The position numbers were made by a program, and so were the translations under genes. A DNA stretch of 64,000 nucleotides from Spirochaetota bacterium (GTDB lineage Bacteria; Spirochaetota; UBA4802; JAFGJZ01): NCBI GenBank assembly GCA_027858855.1, contig JAQIBV010000039.1, positions 84,990 through 148,989 on the forward strand, in the 5' to 3' direction. The notes under the pieces were generated by a model. The model saw only the letters and a program-made list of their open reading frames with translations, did not search any database and had not been told where the DNA came from. Shown one piece after another: positions 1-7,897 of the stretch; position 1 is the stretch's first letter; every line of letters begins with the position of its first letter.

Positions 1-309
1 TCTGTACAAAAATATCTTGATACCACTTGGGCTTCAAATATTATTGACTGGAGCAAAACAAGTTCGTCAAAAACAACACTTGGCGAATCAAATATTCTAA
101 AAGTAACTTATGACAGTTCAACAGAAAATTACTCGGTTTTTGTCAATGGTAATAAAGTGAATGAGTTTACAGATAACAGTATCACGCCTACTGATACATG
201 TGGTTTTTTTACATATGTTGCTCCGGAAGAAGAGGAAGATTTTCCGAATTATCCCGTGGATGTTGACTACAAAATGACTAGTCCTTATATGCTTCCAGGA
301 GTAAAATAA
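1..309 (+). CDS. 3' end of a CDS entering from the left window edge; hypothetical protein, no family recognised
   Basis: Frame 1 is open from nt 1 to TAA 307-309 (...VNGNKVNEFTDNSITPTDTCGFFTYVAPEEEEDFPNYPVDVDYKMTSPYMLPGVK*). It is absent from the ORF track only because its start lies outside the window. Confidence 0.5.
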   Translation, partial: SVQKYLDTTWASNIIDWSKTSSSKTTLGESNILKVTYDSSTENYSVFVNGNKVNEFTDNSITPTDTCGFFTYVAPEEEEDFPNYPVDVDYKMTSPYMLPGVK

Positions 310-330
310 TAAGTGAACAATGTTATATCT

Positions 331-350
331 GTGAGATATCTCACTTTGTT
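331..350 (+). terminator. weak hairpin plus T-rich tail after the partial CDS
   Basis: Palindrome gtgagatatctcac (331-344) followed by tttgtt. The stem is short, so support is low. Confidence 0.3.
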
Positions 351-360
351 ATTATTGCAT

Positions 361-701
361 TTATTGCTGTTTCATGTATTCTTTTTCAAGATCCTTGACT
401 ATTTTCCAATCAAGCCTGCATTCTTTTGCCGCATCAGAAATTGACGATTTTAGACATCGAGGTCCGACCCAATACATGAAGCGGTCTGTATAAAATGGAT
501 TCTTTGAAAGCCAGTCCAGAGTTTCCTGCTTCACTTTGCCACATGCCCTGCATGAAACACGGCGTATTTCAATTTCAAGATATACTTGGGAATCTCCGCA
601 GTAAAGATCACAGACAAATCTTTTCTTCGGATCGTACCGAGTATAGTGAATGGCTCCACAAGTACCACAAACCGTTTTTTTGACGTCGTCTCATTATACA
701 T
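361..701 (-). pseudogene. ISL3-family transposase, N-terminal fragment (frameshifted and truncated)
   Basis: Hand translation of the minus strand gives VCGTCGAIHYTRYDPKKRFVCDLYCGDSQVYLEIEIRRVSCRACGKVKQETLDWLSKNPFYTDRFMYWVGPRCLKSSISDAAKECRLDWKIVKDLEKEYMKQQ*. This is the CxxC...CxxC zinc-finger/HTH N-terminus typical of ISL3 transposases. The only ATG (701..699, MYNETTSKK) is in the -1 frame relative to it, and the two frames meet in an A7 run (plus-strand T7 at 675..681). The reading frame stops after about 115 codons, whereas intact enzymes have roughly 400 or more aa. Confidence 0.6.
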
Positions 702-910
702 GGTTATAATCCGAGCATCTGCAATTTTAGGATGAACTCGTATTGCTGTTAATGGGTAAAATCCGGGATATACTAATTAATCTAATAATTTTCGTGTTTT
801 TTTCAAATCGTTACAAAATATTTTTAATATTGACGAGCAGTTTGCTCTTGGGTTATAAAGGATTCAAGGCTTTTCTTCTAAAATTAACCCACTTGAAAAG
901 GAGAAGAGCC
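361..910 (-). mobile_element. remnant of an ISL3-like insertion sequence (left end plus 5' part of the transposase gene)
   Basis: The reverse complement of 898..910 reads GGCTCTTCTCCTT, resembling the GGCTCTT-type terminal inverted repeats of the ISL3 family (from memory). It lies about 200 nt upstream of the transposase ATG. No right end or remainder of the transposase is present. Confidence 0.45.
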
Positions 911-967
911 TTATTTTTAAGATATATTAAATTTTGGTTTTTTGAATTTAAATAATTTGGAGTATAT

Positions 968-1429
968 ATGATGGAAAAAAAACATGCTATACATGATAAT
1001 AAGATTTTTAAATATCACTTGGTTTTAAAATATGTGCTTCCACTTTTTATATTTTTGATTTCGATCTATTTATTTTATATTGGAGGTTTTAATTTTATAC
1101 AAACTATAGTGTCCAAAAATTATGTATCTTACTTTTTATATGGTTTTAGTTTGTTGGTTTTAATTTTAGCTATATATTTGTTTATATTTTTAAATTTTTC
1201 TTACATAGCTTTTGATTACGAGAAAATATCATTCATCACTCCTTTTAGTAAGTCCATCGTGTATTACGCTAACATAGAAGCTGCATTTGTCGAATATTAT
1301 CATGGTGATATAAAAAGTATAATTATAAATTCTTACGAAAAAAATAATAAATTTTATGGATTAAAAGATTTAGAAGGTTGTTTATATGAATTGAAACAAA
1401 AAGTTAGTGAAGATAAATTTATTGTGTAA
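968..1429 (+). CDS. hypothetical small membrane protein (2-3 predicted TM helices plus C-terminal soluble part)
   Basis: 153-aa ORF preceded by GGAG (958-961). Hydrophobic stretches VLPLFIFLISIYLFYIGGF and FLYGFSLLVLILAIYLFIFL. The region is markedly more AT-rich than the surrounding genes. No family recognised. Confidence 0.5.
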   Translation: MMEKKHAIHDNKIFKYHLVLKYVLPLFIFLISIYLFYIGGFNFIQTIVSKNYVSYFLYGFSLLVLILAIYLFIFLNFSYIAFDYEKISFITPFSKSIVYYANIEAAFVEYYHGDIKSIIINSYEKNNKFYGLKDLEGCLYELKQKVSEDKFIV

Positions 1430-1538
1430 ATCAGATGCATCGCATTATACCCTATATGTTGGTAATTACGATCTGAGATATATTATTAATGATGTACATG
1501 TTGATTTTGTTTTCTTTTGGATAAACCATGACTAATAA

Positions 1539-1995
1539 TTGGGAACATTGTTTAAGTGCTTATTATTGATAATTTTTCTCGCAAAGCTCGAAAAAGCGCA
1601 GAAATATTTCGCTTTGAAGACAGCGCAAATATTTGAGCTTATTAATATTTTTTCTCGCAAAGCTCTTAAAGCGCAGAAAAAAACGCAAAGGTTGATTTTT
1701 CTCGCGAAGCTCGAAAAAACGCAATAATATTTAGCTTTGAGGACACCTAAATATTATTGCTTCTTAAGCGCAAATATTTTTGCTTATAAGAATTTTTCGT
1801 GTTACCCGTGGGGTTTTTATCTTGTGCTAAAAACTTATTGTTCTGATAAGAACAACCTGCAACGGCAAGTTCCTGTGCTGGTCGCAAGATGATTCTTGCT
1901 GCTCGCACATGCGGCCTGTGCTGGTCGCAAGATGATTCTTGCTGCTCGCACATGCGGCCTAGTTGAAAAATTAATTATTAGAGGTGCCCAATACT
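1539..1995. repeat. composite pile-up of a dispersed intergenic repeat family, with internal triplication
   Basis: The left module gggaacattgtttaagtgcttatt... aligns by eye at about 70 percent over about 110 nt with 22326..22435. The unit tttttctcgcRaagctc...gcgca occurs three times (about 1574, 1648, 1696). The right module gttgaaaaattaattattagagg (1968-1990) recurs inverted at 17910-17932. Confidence 0.7.
1872..1957. repeat. perfect tandem duplication, 2 x 43 nt
   Basis: cctgtgctggtcgcaagatgattcttgctgctcgcacatgcgg occurs at 1872-1914 and again at 1915-1957. The two copies abut with no spacer. Each unit can fold into an imperfect hairpin (gtgctggtcgcaaga/tcttgctgctcgcac). Confidence 0.9.
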
Positions 1996-2185
1996 GATTT
2001 TATCCGTATCTTTAGTTTTTGTGTTAATTTACACTGATAGCAAGTATTTTATCCATAAAAACGGCGCCTCTTTTATTTGAGTTTTTAATTCATAAATTAC
2101 TTGAAAGATGTTACCCTCAAATAATATATGTGAGCTATGATTTGTCATCGGCACTTAAATGTGTACCGATCAACCCGGAGGATAT

Positions 2186-4024
2186 ATGTGCGGTATTGTA
2201 GGTTACATTGGAACAAAGGCGGCTACGTCTGTACTTTTAAAGGGACTAAAACGTCTTGAATATAGGGGATACGATTCCTCCGGGATTGCCCTGCTAAATT
2301 CCCATCTCTTTGTGTGTAAAAAAAAGGGTAAGATCGCCTCGCTAGAGAACGAGCTTATTGATCTAAAAACAGATCTATCAGGATACACAGTTGGTATCGC
2401 TCATACCCGTTGGGCAACTCACGGAGAACCTTCAGATCTAAACGCACATCCTCATGTAAGCTCATCTGGCAAAATAGCAGTTGTACATAACGGAATTATT
2501 GAAAATTTTCCGTTATTACGCGAAAAATTGATCAGCAAAGGGTATTCAATTAAAACGCAGACCGATTCCGAGATTATTGCACATTTAATCGATTATTATG
2601 TCTGTAAGTATGAGGATTTTCTGACAGGTGTCTTTGTTGCTTTGGAAAAACTTGAAGGAACCTACGGTATTGCGGTTCTATCAGAGGATTACCCAGATCG
2701 TATTATTGCCGCCCGTAACGGCAGTCCTCTTATCCTGGGGGTTGGAGAGGGAGAAATCCTTATTGCTTCTGATGCGAGTGCTATAGTTGAATATACCCGC
2801 CGGGTTGTTTACATCGATGAGCGCGAAGTGGTAGATATTCAACGTGATTCGTATCAGACATACGACCTGCTCCAGAAGCGGGTCGATAAATGCGTCGAAG
2901 ATATTGACTGGGACATCGAAACCATAGGTAAAAAAGGCTATGATCACTTCATGCTCAAAGAAATTTATGAGCAAGCGGAAAGCATCCAAAATACCTGCAG
3001 GGGCCGATTGCTTCATGAAACTGGTACCAGCCGACTGGATGGACTAAATCTTAAAAATGAGGATTTCACCCGTATTGAACGAATAATTCTCATTGCATGT
3101 GGCACATCCTGGCATTCAGCTCTGATTGGTGAATATCTGATTGAAGAATATGCACGTATTCCTGTTGATGTCGAATACGCTTCCGAGTTCCGCTATAAAA
3201 ACCCTATTCTGACACCATCAGACCTTGTTATAGTCATCAGTCAATCCGGCGAGACAGCAGACACACTTGCTGCATTGCGTGAAGCGAAGCAAAAAGGAGT
3301 TCATGTTCTTGGAGTAACTAATATTGTAGGTAGTACTATTGCACGTGAAAGTGACGGAGGGGTCTATAGTCATGCCGGACCTGAGATCGGTGTTGCCTCA
3401 ACCAAAGCGTTTACCTCACAGGTTATGGTAATGATAATGATTACAATAATGTTCGCGCGAAAATATGATATGAGTCTGGAAACTGGCCAACTTTTAGTTG
3501 AAAAAATTGAAAAGCTTCCTAATTTAATTCAATCAATGCTTGACACTGCGCACGATATAAAAAAGATAGCTTTAATATACAGTAATGCATCTAACTTTCT
3601 CTACCTTGGCAGAGGAGTTCAGTTTCCGGTAGCCCTCGAAGGTGCCTTGAAACTTAAAGAGATATCGTATATACATGCAGAGGGTTATCCGGCCGCAGAG
3701 ATGAAGCATGGGCCCATTGCTCTTATTGATGAAAATTTGCCCGTTATCTTTATCGCTCTAAAAGATTCAATTTATGGGAAAATTATTTCCAACATGCAGG
3801 AGGTTCGTGCCCGCGGAGGAAAAATAATTGCTATTGCTACCGAAGGGGACGATTTAATCCGTGATTATGCCGATCATGTAATCTATGTTCCGCAGGTTGA
3901 CCGAATGCTATCGCCTCTTTTAACTGTAGTACCGCTTCAATTACTATCTTATTATATTGCAGTAGAACGCGGATGCAACGTGGATCAGCCAAGAAACCTG
4001 GCCAAGAGTGTAACAGTTGAATAA
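2186..4024 (+). CDS. glmS: glutamine--fructose-6-phosphate aminotransferase (isomerizing)
   Basis: The canonical N-terminus MCGIVGYIG (catalytic Cys2) starts at ATG 2186 just after GGAGG. The protein has a class-II amidotransferase domain, two SIS domains and the conserved C-terminus ...DQPRNLAKSVTVE. The ORF-track start at 2159 is probably too far upstream. Confidence 0.97.
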   Translation: MCGIVGYIGTKAATSVLLKGLKRLEYRGYDSSGIALLNSHLFVCKKKGKIASLENELIDLKTDLSGYTVGIAHTRWATHGEPSDLNAHPHVSSSGKIAVVHNGIIENFPLLREKLISKGYSIKTQTDSEIIAHLIDYYVCKYEDFLTGVFVALEKLEGTYGIAVLSEDYPDRIIAARNGSPLILGVGEGEILIASDASAIVEYTRRVVYIDEREVVDIQRDSYQTYDLLQKRVDKCVEDIDWDIETIGKKGYDHFMLKEIYEQAESIQNTCRGRLLHETGTSRLDGLNLKNEDFTRIERIILIACGTSWHSALIGEYLIEEYARIPVDVEYASEFRYKNPILTPSDLVIVISQSGETADTLAALREAKQKGVHVLGVTNIVGSTIARESDGGVYSHAGPEIGVASTKAFTSQVMVMIMITIMFARKYDMSLETGQLLVEKIEKLPNLIQSMLDTAHDIKKIALIYSNASNFLYLGRGVQFPVALEGALKLKEISYIHAEGYPAAEMKHGPIALIDENLPVIFIALKDSIYGKIISNMQEVRARGGKIIAIATEGDDLIRDYADHVIYVPQVDRMLSPLLTVVPLQLLSYYIAVERGCNVDQPRNLAKSVTVE

Positions 4025-4195
4025 TTAACTAATGTTGTAATTGTCACATATTTATTATAATTTATTGAAAATTGTCAGCGCCTGTTGTTGAATGTCTTAT
4101 TGCTTTTGTTCAAGTCTCATGTTACTAAATTTTACAAGATAAAACCGGGATGAATTCATTATAATTTCACCCTAATTACCTAAGAGAGGTTGAAT

Positions 4196-4561
4196 ATGAT
4201 TATTATTGAGAAACTCTATAATATCAGTTTTGCAGTTTCAAATTTGGAAAATGCTATTTCATTCTATAAAGATATTTTTGGTTTTGATATTGTCGAGTGG
4301 CAAAGTGGATCTAAAGAGGTCTGTATGCAGATGGGTGATATTAATCTTCGTCTGTGTGAAGTCGAAAAAATAACAGAACCTGATAATTCTGAGAATTATG
4401 TTACCTTTTATGTAGATGAAGATGATTTCGATGACGCATTGGACGAAATTGACGAAAATAATATTACAGTTATTTACGGACCGGAAAATATCCGTAGCGG
4501 ACGTAGAATACTGGTTCTGGATCCCGACGGCAATCGTCTGGGATTAACTACGATTAACTGA
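4196..4561 (+). CDS. VOC (glyoxalase/bleomycin-resistance/dioxygenase) family protein
   Basis: NISFAVSNLENAISFYKDIFGFDIV... and ...LVLDPDGNRLGL are typical of the VOC fold. ATG 4196 is preceded by GAGAGG. Confidence 0.75.
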   Translation: MIIIEKLYNISFAVSNLENAISFYKDIFGFDIVEWQSGSKEVCMQMGDINLRLCEVEKITEPDNSENYVTFYVDEDDFDDALDEIDENNITVIYGPENIRSGRRILVLDPDGNRLGLTTIN

Positions 4562-4569
4562 TAGAGGAG

Positions 4570-4590
4570 GGCTGCGAAGCAGCCATTTTT
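4570..4590 (+). terminator. rho-independent terminator-like hairpin after the VOC gene
   Basis: ggctgc-gaa-gcagcc (6-bp GC-rich stem, 3-nt loop) followed by attttt. It ends immediately before the GTG of the next ORF. Confidence 0.45.
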
Positions 4591-5514
4591 GTGAACTACT
4601 CTCTCCAATTAGAAAAGGGACATCAGCCTGTTACTGAAGATTGTGGACGTATTTTTAACGGTAATGGAAGTTTACTACCCGGAATAACAATCGATAAATA
4701 TCACGACTCTCTTTTAATTCAATATTTTTCATCCGATTATTGTGAAGAGATAGGGGTTATCTGCAAGTCGTCTCTTGACCTGTTTTCAAAATTTTACCCG
4801 ATTTCTTCAATATGGTATAAGGATCGAACTATACTTAAGCATGTGAAGAGTATGGCCGAAAAACGGGAAAGTATTCATTACTGGGGAAGTGAAGACCGGT
4901 TTATTCAGGTACGTCACAACGGTTGCATATGCACAGTAGATCTCGTTTCCGGACAGAACCCCGGAATCTTCATGGACATGAGGGAGATACGTAACTGTCT
5001 CACTGAATATTACCCTCAGGTCGACTCCTTGGTTAACCTATTCTGTTACACCTCACTATTTTCTGTGCACGCACTCGCAAATGGTGTATCAAAGGCAGTG
5101 AATGTTGATACATCTAAACAGGTATTGCTACGTTCACAGGAAAATTACCGGAATAATAATCTGGTTGTGGATAGCCGTGATTTTATACACGAAGACTCGG
5201 GCAGATACTTAAAAAGAATGTATAAACGGAAAGAGACCTGTGATCTTGTCTTTTACGATCCACCGACCTTTTCAAGAAATAAAAAATTCCACTACTCGGT
5301 CAAGAGTGATTATAGAAATCATCTTGATCTTATTTCCACTATCTCAAATCGATATGTTCTAACTGCTATTAACTCGTATTCAGTTAGTAAAGATGAGTAT
5401 CTTTCTTATCATCCACGCAGCTGGGAAATGCTTTTTTTTAAGAACGAAGCGCGGGACTTTCTAAATCCTCATGATCCCTACCTCAAATGTGCCCTCTGGC
5501 AGGTTAATAATTGA
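4591..5514 (+). CDS. class I SAM-dependent methyltransferase, RlmI/RlmK-like (rRNA m5C type core)
   Basis: VNLFCYTSLFSVHALANGVSKAVNVDTS ... DLVFYDPPTF matches the SAM-binding and catalytic PP motifs of RlmI-type enzymes. The start is GTG. Confidence 0.7.
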   Translation: MNYSLQLEKGHQPVTEDCGRIFNGNGSLLPGITIDKYHDSLLIQYFSSDYCEEIGVICKSSLDLFSKFYPISSIWYKDRTILKHVKSMAEKRESIHYWGSEDRFIQVRHNGCICTVDLVSGQNPGIFMDMREIRNCLTEYYPQVDSLVNLFCYTSLFSVHALANGVSKAVNVDTSKQVLLRSQENYRNNNLVVDSRDFIHEDSGRYLKRMYKRKETCDLVFYDPPTFSRNKKFHYSVKSDYRNHLDLISTISNRYVLTAINSYSVSKDEYLSYHPRSWEMLFFKNEARDFLNPHDPYLKCALWQVNN

Positions 5515-5788
5515 AGAGGACTCAATCTTAGATCATTTATAAACTGAAATTTCTAAAACTACTTTAAATCTGTTTTGATTATACTCTCCTTTCAAAATAC
5601 AAATTTCACTCTCATATTGAAAATTCCTTTACATATTAGCTATCTGATAATTTACTATGAGCACACTACTAAACAGAGGGGTTTTTCTAAGATAAGTTAA
5701 CTGCATGGTCATATGGATTATGTTCTAACGACTAATACAAGCCTGTAGAGTAAGCTTTTTTGACCCCATAATCAAAATCGGAGGGAAC

Positions 5789-7897
5789 ATGGTAAAAAAA
5801 TACGCAAAAGAGAACATTCGCAATGTTGTAATTCTCGGTCATGCCGGAACCGGTAAATCAACGCTTATGGATGCTATTCTTTTTACAGGAAAAAAAATTA
5901 AAAAAATCGGTTCACATAATGACGGATCCCTGGTTTCCGATTTTGATATTGAAGAAAAAAAGAAAAAGATGTCTGTTCATACCGCAATGGGGTTTGTTGA
6001 ATCCGAAGATATCAAGATAAACATCATCGATTGTCCTGGTCATGCCGATCTGATTGGCGAGAGACGTGCTGCGATTCAGACTGCCGATGCTGCAATTCTT
6101 GTACTCGACTCCGTTGATGGTGTTCAGGTAGGTACTGAAAAAGCGTGGCGATATCTTGCAGAGCAGAAGATTCCCCGTATTATTTTTGTTAACAAGATGG
6201 ATCAGGAGCGAGCTTCATACGAAAATGTTATTGCAAGCATGGAAGCCACTCTGCACGCGAACCTGGTTGTTGCGGCAATACCTATCAGCGAAGGTGATTC
6301 TTTTGATGGTATTGTAGATATAATCGAAATGAAATCGATGAAACAAAAGTCGCCTGGTTCTGCAGAGATAACACGCGGGGAGATACCACCTGAATTAACC
6401 GAGAAAGTTCAGCAACAACGTTCACGCACAGTCGAACTCGCTGCTGAGGGCGATGATGAGCTGATTGAGCTTTTTCTTGAAGGCAATGATTTTGATGCAG
6501 AAAAAATCTATCGGGGAATAAACGAGCAGATTCGTGATAATAAGCTACACCCTGTAATTTGCGGAGCAGCATTAAATGGTGTAGGAATACAAACACTCCT
6601 TCATTTTATTAAGGAATTTATGCCTTCTCCCGCTGAAAAATCCGAGATGAAAGCTCTTGATCTTGACAATGACGGGGCTGAAATAATTATAAAATGTAAC
6701 GAAAAAGAGCCCTTTACAGCTGTTGTCTGGAAAACTTATATCGATCAATTTGCCGGGAAGTTTTCCTATTTTCGTGTTATTTCCGGAGAATTAAACTCTG
6801 ATATCGAATTACAGAACACCGACTGCAAAGAAAAAGAAAAAATCAGCAAAATTTATACCATGATTGGTAAAGATCTGGAAGAGGTGGAAGGACTTTCTAC
6901 CGGTGATTTAGGTGTTTTTGTAAAACTGGATAAGACAATAACTACAGATACACTTTGTGATATGTCGCGCAATATCAAGGTTCCACTGATTAACCTGCCC
7001 GGGCCTGTATTCGGCTACTCTATTAAAGCTAAAGAGAAAAAAGATGAAGAGAAGCTGGGACAAATTCTTAACCGTTATGATGAACAATATCCAACTCTGC
7101 ACTACAGCTATAATGCCGAAACACGACAATCCACTCTTTATGGTATGGGGCAGCTACATCTTGATATCACTCTGGATGAGATACATGAGAAATACAATAT
7201 AGAATTTGAAGTTAGTGTTCCGCGTATCAGCTATTGTGAAACAATTACTAAGGTTGCAGAAGCTCAATACAAGCATAAGAAACAGTCGGGTGGACATGGG
7301 CAGTATGGAGAGGTCTATCTACGTTTACATCCCAAAACCCGAGGCGAAGGTTCATCTTTTAAAGAGAGCATTGTTGGTGGTGTTGTGCCTAAAAACTATA
7401 TTCCTGGCGTCGAGAAGGGCGTAAACGAAGCTCTAAAAGAGGGAGCCGTTGCCCGCTATCCGGTAGTGGATGTTGAGGCTGAACTTTATGACGGATCATT
7501 TCACCCTGTAGATTCTTCCGAAATGTCGTTCAAGATTGCGTCGGCACATGCATTTAAGAAGGCAATGAACGAAGCCGGTCCGGTGCTTCTTGAACCGATA
7601 ATGAGTGTCAGTGTGTATGTTGATAATCAGTATGTGGGTGATGTAATGGGAGATGTCACTTCACGAAGAGGACGAGTTTTAGGTATGGACTCTAAAGATG
7701 AAACAAATAAAGAGGGTATTACTCGTATTCGCGCACTTATTCCGCACGCAGAGCTTTTGCGTTACAGTATAGATTTAACAGCCCTGACACAGAATAAGGC
7801 CGTTTTTGAGATGGAATTCTCGAGTTATGAGCCAATCAGTGGTCGCGTTGCTGACAAGGTAATTGCTGATCGGGAGATAATGCTTGCAGAAGAGTGA
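5789..7897 (+). CDS. elongation factor G paralogue (EF-G-like translational GTPase)
   Basis: 702 aa, full EF-G length. Motifs: G1 GHAGTGKST, G3 DCPGHADL, G4 NKMD, plus domain IV/V-like C-terminus. The P-loop region differs from the canonical AHIDAGKTT, so this is probably a second EF-G copy rather than the primary fusA. Confidence 0.85.
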   Translation: MVKKYAKENIRNVVILGHAGTGKSTLMDAILFTGKKIKKIGSHNDGSLVSDFDIEEKKKKMSVHTAMGFVESEDIKINIIDCPGHADLIGERRAAIQTADAAILVLDSVDGVQVGTEKAWRYLAEQKIPRIIFVNKMDQERASYENVIASMEATLHANLVVAAIPISEGDSFDGIVDIIEMKSMKQKSPGSAEITRGEIPPELTEKVQQQRSRTVELAAEGDDELIELFLEGNDFDAEKIYRGINEQIRDNKLHPVICGAALNGVGIQTLLHFIKEFMPSPAEKSEMKALDLDNDGAEIIIKCNEKEPFTAVVWKTYIDQFAGKFSYFRVISGELNSDIELQNTDCKEKEKISKIYTMIGKDLEEVEGLSTGDLGVFVKLDKTITTDTLCDMSRNIKVPLINLPGPVFGYSIKAKEKKDEEKLGQILNRYDEQYPTLHYSYNAETRQSTLYGMGQLHLDITLDEIHEKYNIEFEVSVPRISYCETITKVAEAQYKHKKQSGGHGQYGEVYLRLHPKTRGEGSSFKESIVGGVVPKNYIPGVEKGVNEALKEGAVARYPVVDVEAELYDGSFHPVDSSEMSFKIASAHAFKKAMNEAGPVLLEPIMSVSVYVDNQYVGDVMGDVTSRRGRVLGMDSKDETNKEGITRIRALIPHAELLRYSIDLTALTQNKAVFEMEFSSYEPISGRVADKVIADREIMLAEE

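Noticed and set aside
1539-1727. 62-aa ORF (FLAKLEKAQK...-type repetitive peptide). Similar cases are the 743..955, 18191..18379 and 42842..43084 ORFs.
   Set aside because: They merely translate intergenic repeats, the IS leader or GC-rich hairpins. None has an RBS or coding-like composition.
1872-1957. Possible CRISPR array (identical direct repeats able to form hairpins).
   Set aside because: There are only two copies, they abut with no spacer, the unit is 43 nt, and no cas genes occur anywhere in the window. It is better described as a tandem duplication.
2150-2167. Sigma-54 type promoter (GGCAC...). Also considered at 17962..17984.
   Set aside because: GGCAC is present, but the -12 TTGC element is missing at the required 5-nt spacing (cggcacttaaatgtgt, aggcacttaaacgatg). 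The motif also occurs in both orientations as part of the repeat family.
2040-2185. glmS ribozyme or other riboswitch in the glmS leader.
   Set aside because: I could not recognise the conserved glmS ribozyme core. The leader instead contains fragments of the dispersed repeat. An Rfam scan would be decisive.
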